Below, one piece after another: positions 35,997 to 43,824 of a stretch of DNA of 64,000 bases. Under the pieces are notes generated by a model, which saw only the letters and a program-made list of their open reading frames with translations, was not told the DNA's origin and did no database searches. The translations under genes and the position numbers were made by a program. Source of the DNA: Patescibacteria group bacterium (GTDB lineage Bacteria > Patescibacteriota > Patescibacteriia > JAXHNJ01); contig JAXHNJ010000002.1 in the NCBI GenBank assembly GCA_034520665.1, positions 416,660 to 480,659 on the forward strand, in the 5' to 3' direction. Each line of letters starts with the position of its first letter. Within the stretch, counting starts at the first letter, position 1.

Positions 35997-36575
35997 CTAG
36001 AACCTGATAAGTTCATTGCTTATCACTCCTTCTGATTTAAGATCCGTTAACTTATTGCTTGTTCTTCTGAGTTTTATTTTTTTCCAGCGGCGAAATTTTT
36101 TGATTAACCACGGGCCCAGAAAAAGAGTCAAAGTGTAACCTTTAAGAAACTTCTTATTTTTCTTTTTCCAGCGGATGATAATTTTAGCCAAGTTACGACT
36201 GGAAAAAACAGTTAAGATATAGATCAGGTTTTCCCAAGCCTTGAAAGGAATTTTATACCTTCCCTGACTAACATAACTGGTTAGCATTAAGATGAGCATA
36301 AAAATTATCCAAACAAGAACAAAGAGATGACCTTTTTTGCGTTTTATAATTTTGCCCTTTAATCGGCCAAAGAGATTCTTAATCCAGTAAAAGAGTAAGA
36401 GCAGGCCGAATATAAGAGCCCGACTTATAAAACGCTGACCATTTATCTCAACCTTAAAAAACTGAGTAAGAACAAGAGCGAACTGGAAGAAAAACCAAGC
36501 CGCACAAACCAGATAAAGAATATCAAGTTCTCTCTTGGCTTTCTTTTTGTCGGGTGAAGCTCGTGAACGTTTCAT
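35997..36575 (-). CDS. Hypothetical membrane protein (about 4 TM)
   Basis: AGGAGG SD upstream of ATG; hydrophobic segments; hairpin at 35948..35982 downstream. Confidence 0.7.
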   Translation of the reverse strand: MKRSRASPDKKKAKRELDILYLVCAAWFFFQFALVLTQFFKVEINGQRFISRALIFGLLLLFYWIKNLFGRLKGKIIKRKKGHLFVLVWIIFMLILMLTSYVSQGRYKIPFKAWENLIYILTVFSSRNLAKIIIRWKKKNKKFLKGYTLTLFLGPWLIKKFRRWKKIKLRRTSNKLTDLKSEGVISNELIRF

Positions 36576-36874
36576 AACAATCCTCCTTTTAGGGATTTAA
36601 AAAGTGAAAAGAACTACATACTTAAAAAAACCAATACATTTTTCTAAACCACCCTCATTAAGCTATATTATCTTGTCAAAGGACAAGTTTTTGCTTTTTG
36701 GTTTTGTATTGATTAAAAACTAATTATATTCTTTTTTTAGCTCCTAAGTATATATTTTATGCCCAAGACAGTCAAGGGTATGATTAGTGCATAAAATGTG
36801 TATAAATCAATTATTTTCTTAAAATTGCCATAATAAGCAATATAGTCTATAATTAGAGCATTAAACAAAAATAT

Positions 36875-37312
36875 ATGGCTAAAAAGAAAAATAATGAAAA
36901 AGCAAATAATTCTCAAAACAAGGCTGAAAAGATAGAAATTGAAGAGGAGAAAAATACTGACTGGCTGGGTGAAAATTTTGAAGGACAACTCTCAGTTGAT
37001 GTTTATCAAACTGAGCAGGAAATTATTGTTAAATCGACCATTGCCGGCGTAAACACAGAAGAATTGGATATCTCGCTGCATAACGATATGTTGACTATAA
37101 AGGGCATGCGGCATAAAGACTTTGAAGCGGATGATGATGACTATTTTTACCAGGAGTGTTACTGGGGTGGTTTTTCTCGTTCTATTATTTTGCCGGTTGA
37201 GGTTAAAGAAGACGAAATCTCAGCTACTTTAAAAAATGGTATATTAACCATTACTCTACCCAAGGCGGAAAAATCAAAGCTGAAAATTGTCAAAGTAAAA
37301 GAAGAAGAATAA
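36875..37312 (+). CDS. Hsp20/alpha-crystallin small heat-shock protein
   Basis: VDVYQT, ECYWGGFSRSIILP and ATLKNGILTITLPK motifs. Confidence 0.93.
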   Translation: MAKKKNNEKANNSQNKAEKIEIEEEKNTDWLGENFEGQLSVDVYQTEQEIIVKSTIAGVNTEELDISLHNDMLTIKGMRHKDFEADDDDYFYQECYWGGFSRSIILPVEVKEDEISATLKNGILTITLPKAEKSKLKIVKVKEEE

Positions 37313-37536
37313 TGGAAAATAGAGAAAATTCTGTTTTAGCTCGCCTGGCGTCTTTTCAGGAGAAAGAGGCTATTTTTAAGACTAAAGAGGGCCGTAAGTA
37401 TTTCTGGCCAATTAAAGATTTACCCGAAGACTTGAAAATTGGCGATGAAATAAGACTTTCACTTTCAACAGCTAAGACGGCTGAAGAAGAAAGAGAAAAA
37501 ATAGCCAAGGAAGTTTTAAACCAGCTGTTAAAATGA
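37312..37536 (+). CDS. Small hypothetical protein (DUF3006-like)
   Basis: WPIKDLPEDLKIGD pattern; overlaps both neighbours as in an operon. Confidence 0.6.
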   Translation: MENRENSVLARLASFQEKEAIFKTKEGRKYFWPIKDLPEDLKIGDEIRLSLSTAKTAEEEREKIAKEVLNQLLK

Positions 37537-39344
37537 AAAAGAAAAAAAAGAAAAAGGCACAAAAACATTTTTATAACAAAAGATGGTGGAAATATTTGAT
37601 AGCCATCTTTTTTGGGCTAGTGCTTTTATTTTTTGCCTATACTTATATTTATTATATTTATTACGCTGATAAATTTTATCCTGGCTTTGAAATAGGTAAT
37701 TATAGTCTTGAAGGTCAGAGTTATAACCAAGTCTTATCAAGGCTTAATCAATTTGAAGAAGTAATTAATGAACAAGGCTTAAAATATAAGTACAATGAAA
37801 AAGAGATAGCGGTCAGGCCCAATATTTCTTCCACGGAAGATCCTGATTTTGTTTATAAAATAATTGATTTTGAGAATAAAAAAACAGTAAATGAGGTCTA
37901 CGAATTCGCCCGTGGAGAAAATTATCTTGATAATTTTCTAAAGCATTTAGCGGCCTTTTTTAACGGCCTTGAGATAAAAATAGCTTATGAATTAAATGAA
38001 GAGGAGTTAATTAGTATTTTAGAAAATAATTTCTCTGAATTTGAAACACCGGCCCAAAAGGCACAGCTTAAATTAAATGAAGAGGATAGTTTTGAAAAAA
38101 TACCGGAAAAGGAAGGAGATATTTTTTCTTACTCTTTATTAGTAAAGCAAACCAAAAAATCTATAGAAAATCTTAAAAATGAAATTCACTATCTTTATTT
38201 AAAAAAAGATACCCCGGATATAAAGCTTAACCAGACTGACCAGGCTTTTAATGATATAGAAGATGTTTTGAATTTATTCCCGGCTAGTTTAACTTATCAA
38301 GATAAAAAATGGGAAATAAAAAAAGAGGATGTAAAAAAGTATCTTGATTTTGATATTAGAGAAGATCAAGTGAAATTAGGTTTAAAAAAAGAGTTTAAAA
38401 ACTATCTAAAAGATAATATCACTGATGAGGTTAATCAGGCCGTCAAAGAAGGGAAATTTAACATGGAAAACGGTAAGGTGTCAGAATTTCAGGCCAGTCA
38501 AAAGGGTTTATCTTTAAATAATGAAAAAACTATTGAAAAAATTGAAAAGGAAATAATTGACAGTCAAAAAAGGCAGACGGCTCTAGTGGTTGATATTACC
38601 CGGCCGAAAGTAACTACACAATCTATTAATGATTTAGGTATTACTGAATTAGTGGGAAGAGGCCAGTCAAACTTTGCTGGCAGTCCCCGTAATCGCCGCC
38701 ATAATATTGCTGTCGGGGCTGATACTCTCCATGGTCTTTTAATTAAGCCCGATGAAGAATTTTCTTTAGTTGGGGCTTTGGGTGAAATTGACGCGGCTCA
38801 TGGTTATTTACCCGAGCTGGTCATTAAAGGCAATAAAACCGTGCCCGAATACGGCGGCGGTTTATGTCAAATTGGCACCACGGCTTTTAGAGTGGCCTTA
38901 AATACCGGTCTGCCCATTACTGAACGCCGGCCTCATTCTTACCGAGTTTCTTATTATGAACCAGCCGGCACTGACGCTACTATTTATAATCCTAGTCCGG
39001 ATTTAAAATTTATAAACGATACCGGTCATTATCTGCTTTGGCAAACTCATATTGAGGGCAATGATTTAATTTTTGAATTCTACGGCACAGATGACGGCCG
39101 GCAAGTAAAAACGACAGAACCGACTTTATCAAATTATATATCACCGCCCCCGACTAAGATTATTGAAACCGAAGACTTAAATCCCGGGACCAGAAAGTGT
39201 ACGGAAAGAGCTCACACCGGAGCCACCGCTGTTTTTTATCGGACCATTACTAAGCCAGGAGAGGAACCGGAAAAAGAAACCTGGACTTCGGTTTATCAGC
39301 CCTGGCAGGAGGTTTGTTTAATCGGAGTAGAATCAGAAGAATAG
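37533..39344 (+). CDS. VanW-family membrane-anchored protein
   Basis: N-terminal TM; NRRHNI, GGGLCQIGTT, ERRPHS and G.DATI motifs. Confidence 0.9.
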   Translation: MKKKKKKKAQKHFYNKRWWKYLIAIFFGLVLLFFAYTYIYYIYYADKFYPGFEIGNYSLEGQSYNQVLSRLNQFEEVINEQGLKYKYNEKEIAVRPNISSTEDPDFVYKIIDFENKKTVNEVYEFARGENYLDNFLKHLAAFFNGLEIKIAYELNEEELISILENNFSEFETPAQKAQLKLNEEDSFEKIPEKEGDIFSYSLLVKQTKKSIENLKNEIHYLYLKKDTPDIKLNQTDQAFNDIEDVLNLFPASLTYQDKKWEIKKEDVKKYLDFDIREDQVKLGLKKEFKNYLKDNITDEVNQAVKEGKFNMENGKVSEFQASQKGLSLNNEKTIEKIEKEIIDSQKRQTALVVDITRPKVTTQSINDLGITELVGRGQSNFAGSPRNRRHNIAVGADTLHGLLIKPDEEFSLVGALGEIDAAHGYLPELVIKGNKTVPEYGGGLCQIGTTAFRVALNTGLPITERRPHSYRVSYYEPAGTDATIYNPSPDLKFINDTGHYLLWQTHIEGNDLIFEFYGTDDGRQVKTTEPTLSNYISPPPTKIIETEDLNPGTRKCTERAHTGATAVFYRTITKPGEEPEKETWTSVYQPWQEVCLIGVESEE

Positions 39345-39387
39345 ACTATTTGTCATGAATTATTTATAAAATATATTGTTTATAAAA

Positions 39388-39415
39388 GTAGCTGTCAGTC
39401 GAGACTGACAGCTAC
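39388..39415. repeat. GTAG...CTAC REP-like palindrome
   Basis: GTAGCTGTCAGTC-GA-GACTGACAGCTAC, 13-bp perfect arms. Confidence 0.75.
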
Positions 39416-39475
39416 GCCTTTAATTTAAATATTTTTTTAAAAAAACAGATGTTATATTTATTTTTAAAAATAAAA

Positions 39476-39499
39476 ACTCCCTCGAAATTTCGAGGGAGT
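39476..39499 (-). terminator. Palindromic terminator
   Basis: ACTCCCTCGAAATTTCGAGGGAGT with an A-run on its left, just after the 39516..39851 stop. Confidence 0.65.
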
Positions 39500-39515
39500 G
39501 GCGAGAAGCAAGAAA

Positions 39516-39851
39516 TTAAAAAATTTTATACACCTCGTTTAAATCAAGCCATAGCTCATAAAGAGCTTTTTTTATTGACTTAAAAGGTGTTCTTAAGGCC
39601 GGATACTGATGCAGAAGATACCAAGGGCAAACCTTTCTTTGAGCCAGCCTTATCTGATAAATCCCAGAGACCAAGAGTAAAATAGCCAATAAGCCACCGG
39701 GAAAGGTGATTGTTAGGCCATCAAACCCGTTACTGGCTATATAATTTATAGCCAAGTAGACTCCGAAGAAAAGAAAAATAATTCCTCGAATAATACGTCT
39801 CTGATTTACTTGGTGCACCCTCTCTTTAGTATAAGCCATAGGCAGTCTCAT
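39516..39851 (-). CDS. Hypothetical 2-TM membrane protein
   Basis: AAGGAG SD, TTGATT-17-TATAAT promoter and a terminator. Confidence 0.7.
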   Translation of the reverse strand: MRLPMAYTKERVHQVNQRRIIRGIIFLFFGVYLAINYIASNGFDGLTITFPGGLLAILLLVSGIYQIRLAQRKVCPWYLLHQYPALRTPFKSIKKALYELWLDLNEVYKIF

Positions 39852-39919
39852 AATTGACTCCTTTCTGCGATTTTATCTTAAAAGAACTTAATTGATTATA
39901 CCTAATAAAAAAGTGATAA

Positions 39920-40033
39920 TCAATATACTGTGGACAAGAAGACTGATTTAAGGAAAAAGTAAGCTAAAAGCCCACTTAGCCATAAAACAGCCCCCATGCT
40001 TGTCGTGTCCACAGAATACTGTTTACCACTCGT
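39920..40033 (-). pseudogene. 37-codon single-TM small ORF beginning with ACG (start-codon mutant or non-canonical start)
   Basis: AGGAGG-7nt-ACG AGT GGT..., reading (T)SGKQYSVDTTSMGAVLWLSGLLAYFFLKSVFLSTVY*; upstream TTGACA-17-TAATAT promoter. Confidence 0.45.
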
Positions 40034-40192
40034 TTTCTCCCCTCCTGAATTATTTGTTAAAAAACTTTAAATTTATAACTTTTCAGCCGAACAGGACATA
40101 TTATCATAGATTTAAAACCTTGTCAAGAGGGGCTTAAAATGATAGAATTTTAATACTTAAAGAATTTAAAAATTATTAATCCAAATATAAAA

Positions 40193-41221
40193 ATGACTAT
40201 TAATCAGATTTATAAATTAGCGGTAGACCTAGGTATTAAAAATGATCCGCGTGGCCAAAAAACAGTTAAAAAAAGATTAAAAAAAGTTAGACAAGAATAC
40301 AATAAACTCTCAGAAGAAAAAAAGAAGTGCTTTGATCAGGAGAAATTAAAGAATCCTTATTCTGATACCCGCATTTATTACGGAGATCCCAGAAAAAAAG
40401 TAAAAAGAGTTTTAACCGGCATTGATATGGAGACGTCGGAATTATTATTAGCTGAGAAAATTTCCCAAGAAAAACCAATTGATTTAATAATCAGTCATCA
40501 CCCTCTGGGCATTGGCTTAGCCGCTTTGCACGAGGTAATGAAAATGCAGGCCGAAATACTTTCTTTATACGGCGTGCCCATATCTTCGGCTCAAGGCCTG
40601 CTTCATATTAGAATTGATGAAGTTTCGCGCAGTGTGAACTCGGCCAATCATAACCGCACTATTGATGCCGCTCGTATACTTGATTTACCTATTATGTCTA
40701 CTCACACAGCGGCTGATAATATGGTCGCTAATTTTCTTTCCAAATATATTAAAAGAAACAAAAAAAATATAGAAACTGTTGAGGATTTACTAAAGTCTTT
40801 GGAAAAATTACCGGAATATAAAGAGGCTATGAAAAATAAATGCGGCCCCAGACTTTTTGCCGGTAAAAAAAGTAACTTTGCCGGTAAGATTGCCTTGACT
40901 GAATTAACCGGCGGCACTGAAGGCTCCAAAGACATCTATGAAAAAATGGCTCAGGCTGGCATTGATACCGTGGTTGGCATGCACATGTCTGAAGAGCATA
41001 AAAAAGCGGCCGAAAAAAGCCATCTTAACGTAGTTATTGCCGGTCATATTTCTTCGGACTCGATTGGTATGAATTTATTTTTAGACGAGCTGGAGAAAAA
41101 GGGCGTGGAAGTAATACCCTGCTCCGGATTAATTCGAGTAAAGCGTTTTAAAAAGAAAAAATCCCATAAAAGAAAAACTAATAAGAAAAAAAGTAGCCAA
41201 AAAAGAGGAAAAAAGAAGTAA
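40193..41221 (+). CDS. NIF3/NGG1p-interacting factor family metal-binding protein
   Basis: GID, SHHP, HTAADN and GHISSDS motifs. Confidence 0.85.
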   Translation: MTINQIYKLAVDLGIKNDPRGQKTVKKRLKKVRQEYNKLSEEKKKCFDQEKLKNPYSDTRIYYGDPRKKVKRVLTGIDMETSELLLAEKISQEKPIDLIISHHPLGIGLAALHEVMKMQAEILSLYGVPISSAQGLLHIRIDEVSRSVNSANHNRTIDAARILDLPIMSTHTAADNMVANFLSKYIKRNKKNIETVEDLLKSLEKLPEYKEAMKNKCGPRLFAGKKSNFAGKIALTELTGGTEGSKDIYEKMAQAGIDTVVGMHMSEEHKKAAEKSHLNVVIAGHISSDSIGMNLFLDELEKKGVEVIPCSGLIRVKRFKKKKSHKRKTNKKKSSQKRGKKK

Positions 41222-41246
41222 TTAATTTTTTGATTTTTAAAATATT

Positions 41247-42269
41247 ATGCCCAAAGAAAGAATAATTAATGCTGATGAAAAAGGTGAAGACCGCACTCTT
41301 GATTTAACTTTGCGTCCGCATGATATTAAGGAATTTGTCGGTCAAGAAAAGGTTAAAGAAAACCTTAATATTTTTGTTAGTGCAGCCAAGCAAAGAAAAG
41401 AACCGATTGAACACGTCTTGTTGCATGGAGCTCCGGGTTTAGGTAAAACCACCTTAGCTCATATTATCGCTCGTGAAATGGGCACTAATTTAAAAGTGAC
41501 TTCTGGTCCGGCTATTGAAAAAGCGGGGGACTTGGCGGCTATCTTAACTAATTTGGGTGACGGAGACGTGCTTTTTATTGATGAGATTCACCGGCTTAAC
41601 CGCGTTATTGAAGAAGTTTTATACCCGGCCATGGAGGATTATTTTATTGATATTGTGGTGGGCAAGGGGCCTTCAGCGCGCACGCTTAAACTTGATTTGC
41701 CCAAGTTTACTTTAGTCGGAGCCACTACCCGATTAAGTTTATTATCTTCACCTTTACGGGACCGTTTTGGTATGACTTATCGCCTGGGTTTTTATTCAGA
41801 CGAAGAGATTGGTCAAATAATCAAGCGTTCAGCCAAGATTTTAGGCGTTACTTTAGATAAAGAATCTTCCGAACTGCTAGCTAAAAGAGCTCGCAAAACC
41901 CCGCGCGTGGCTAATCGTCTTTTAAAACGGGTCCGAGATTATGCTCAGGTAAAATCTGACGGGAAAATTACCCAGTCATTATGTGAATCGGCTTTAGGTA
42001 TGCTGGATATTGATGAAATGGGACTGGATGAAACTGATCGTAAAATTTTAGAAATAATTATTGAAAAATTTAAAGGTGGGCCGGTTGGTTTAAACGCCAT
42101 TGCGGCCGCTATACAGGAAGAAATGGAAACCCTGGAGGATGTTTATGAGCCCTATTTAATGCAAATTGGCTATTTAGTACGCACACCGCGAGGTCGATCA
42201 GTGACCGAAGAAGCTTATAAGCATTTAAGTAAAAGACCGCCGAAAGATATTCAGAAGAAGTTGGTATGA
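41247..42269 (+). CDS. ruvB: Holliday junction branch migration helicase RuvB
   Basis: [29 protein letters not shown] and RTPRGR motifs. Confidence 0.98.
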   Translation: MPKERIINADEKGEDRTLDLTLRPHDIKEFVGQEKVKENLNIFVSAAKQRKEPIEHVLLHGAPGLGKTTLAHIIAREMGTNLKVTSGPAIEKAGDLAAILTNLGDGDVLFIDEIHRLNRVIEEVLYPAMEDYFIDIVVGKGPSARTLKLDLPKFTLVGATTRLSLLSSPLRDRFGMTYRLGFYSDEEIGQIIKRSAKILGVTLDKESSELLAKRARKTPRVANRLLKRVRDYAQVKSDGKITQSLCESALGMLDIDEMGLDETDRKILEIIIEKFKGGPVGLNAIAAAIQEEMETLEDVYEPYLMQIGYLVRTPRGRSVTEEAYKHLSKRPPKDIQKKLV

Positions 42270-42275
42270 TGTTTT

Positions 42276-42323
42276 TAGATATTGAGTGAGCAAGATATTG
42301 AGATATTTATGATTGAAATTTGA
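42276..42323. repeat. Degenerate ~8-nt tandem repeat upstream of the four-helix-bundle gene
   Basis: T-AGATATTG-AGTGAGCA-AGATATTG-AGATATTT-ATGATTGA. Confidence 0.6.
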
Positions 42324-42384
42324 CTAAAAAATAATTTATAAATAAAACATAGTCTAGACAAAAAGGTGGCCGGAAAGGAAAAAT

Positions 42385-42690
42385 ATGACTGGCGCTTTTT
42401 TTGATTTACGAATTTGGCAAAAAGCACAAAAATTAGCCAAAGAAATTTATAAAATAACAAAGCTATTTTCCAAAGATGAACTTTTTGGATTAACTAATCA
42501 ACTTAGAAGGTCGGCCGTTTCAGTGGCGGCTAATATTGCGGAAAGCCAGGGAAGATATTATTATAGGGATAAAATCAGAGTTCTTTATATTAGTCGTGGT
42601 GAAATATATGAAATACAAAGTCATTTAAGAATTACTTCAAGCCAAAATTATTTACCAAATAAAAAATTAGAAAATCCTTTTATTGCCTAG
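42385..42690 (+). CDS. Four helix bundle protein (23S rRNA IVP-like), possibly C-terminally truncated
   Basis: F.DL.IWQKA, E.FGLTNQLRRSAVSV.ANIAE and L.ISRG...E motifs; ends abruptly before the usual last helix. Confidence 0.88.
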   Translation: MTGAFFDLRIWQKAQKLAKEIYKITKLFSKDELFGLTNQLRRSAVSVAANIAESQGRYYYRDKIRVLYISRGEIYEIQSHLRITSSQNYLPNKKLENPFIA

Positions 42691-42698
42691 TTTACCGG

Positions 42699-42723
42699 AC
42701 CCCTGCTTAGGCGGGGGTTTTTT
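42699..42723 (+). terminator. Terminator after the four-helix-bundle gene
   Basis: ACCCCTGC-TTAG-GCGGGGGT followed by a T-run. Confidence 0.7.
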
Positions 42724-42753
42724 CTTTGAGTAAAATAATTTATAATAAAATCT

Positions 42754-43824
42754 ATGAAACTCTCAAAATTTGACTATCATTTACCCAAAGAATTAATCGC
42801 TCAAAAGCCAGTGCGCCCGCGGCATAATTCCCGGCTAATGGTTTTGGATAAAAAAAAGAAGACAATTAAGCATGATTATTTTTATAACTTACCAAAATAT
42901 TTAAAGACTGGTGATGTTTTAGTCTTTAATGACTCAAAGGTTTTTCCGGCTCGTTTGCCGGCTCGCAAGATCACCGGCGGTAAGCTGGAAGTTTTTCTGC
43001 TACGCCAAGAAAAGAATCTTTGGCAGTGTTTAATTGGCGGTAAGGTGAGAAGGGAAGGCATGGAGTTTGTTGTGGGAGGTAGGGATATAGGGACAATAGA
43101 CAAGGGACATAGGGACAAGAAGAAAGAAAAAATATTAAGCGGTAAAATCGTTAAAAAATTAGGAAACGGAATTTGGCTGGTTAAGTTTAATAAAAAAGAA
43201 AATGAATTTTGGCATTTAGTCAATCAATACGGCCAAGCACCAACCCCGCCTTATATTAAAAAGAAATCAAACTTAAAAGAATACCAAACCGCTTTTGCCA
43301 AAAACAAAGGCTCGGTAGCCGCTCCGACGGCCGGTTTTCATTTTAGCCAAAAATTATTAAACCATTTAAAAAAGAAAGGAATTAAAACAGAATTCATAAC
43401 TTTACATGTGGGTTATGGTACTTTTCAGCCGGTTAAAGAAGAAAACATTGAAAAACACAAAATGCATTTTGAATACTTAGAAGTTAAAAAATCAGTAATA
43501 AAACGTTTGTTGAAATATAAAAAAGAAAATAGAAGAATTATTCCTGTGGGCACTACTTCTGGCCGGGTTCTTGAAGGAGTAGTTTCCCATTATAAAAAAA
43601 CGCCAAAAAAAGATTTTTTTGGCAAAACAAACTTATTTATTTACCCGGGCTATAAATTTAAGTTTATTAACGGATTAATTACTAATTTTCACTTACCTAA
43701 GAGTACTCTTTTAATGCTAGTCAGTGCTTGGGCCGGGTTGCCTTTTATTAAAAAAGCTTATCAAAAAGCGATTAAAAAGAAATACCGCTTTTATTCTTTT
43801 GGGGATGGCATGCTGATTGATTAA
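42754..43824 (+). CDS. queA: S-adenosylmethionine:tRNA ribosyltransferase-isomerase QueA
   Basis: LIAQKP, PPYI, GSVAAPTAG, LHVGYGTF, TNFHLPKSTL and YRFYSFGD motifs. Confidence 0.97.
   Translation: MKLSKFDYHLPKELIAQKPVRPRHNSRLMVLDKKKKTIKHDYFYNLPKYLKTGDVLVFNDSKVFPARLPARKITGGKLEVFLLRQEKNLWQCLIGGKVRREGMEFVVGGRDIGTIDKGHRDKKKEKILSGKIVKKLGNGIWLVKFNKKENEFWHLVNQYGQAPTPPYIKKKSNLKEYQTAFAKNKGSVAAPTAGFHFSQKLLNHLKKKGIKTEFITLHVGYGTFQPVKEENIEKHKMHFEYLEVKKSVIKRLLKYKKENRRIIPVGTTSGRVLEGVVSHYKKTPKKDFFGKTNLFIYPGYKFKFINGLITNFHLPKSTLLMLVSAWAGLPFIKKAYQKAIKKKYRFYSFGDGMLID
43080..43119. repeat. Degenerate 7-8-nt tandem repeat inside queA
   Basis: TAGGGATA TAGGGACA ATAGACA AGGGACA TAGGGACA AG. Confidence 0.75.

Noticed and set aside
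36780-36870. CIRCE element before hsp20
   Set aside because: No TTAGCACTC-N9-GAGTGCTAA match
42385-42690. Diversity-generating retroelement (Avd)
   Set aside because: No reverse transcriptase and no TR/VR pair with adenine-specific mismatches in the window; motifs fit the 23S-IVP-like family
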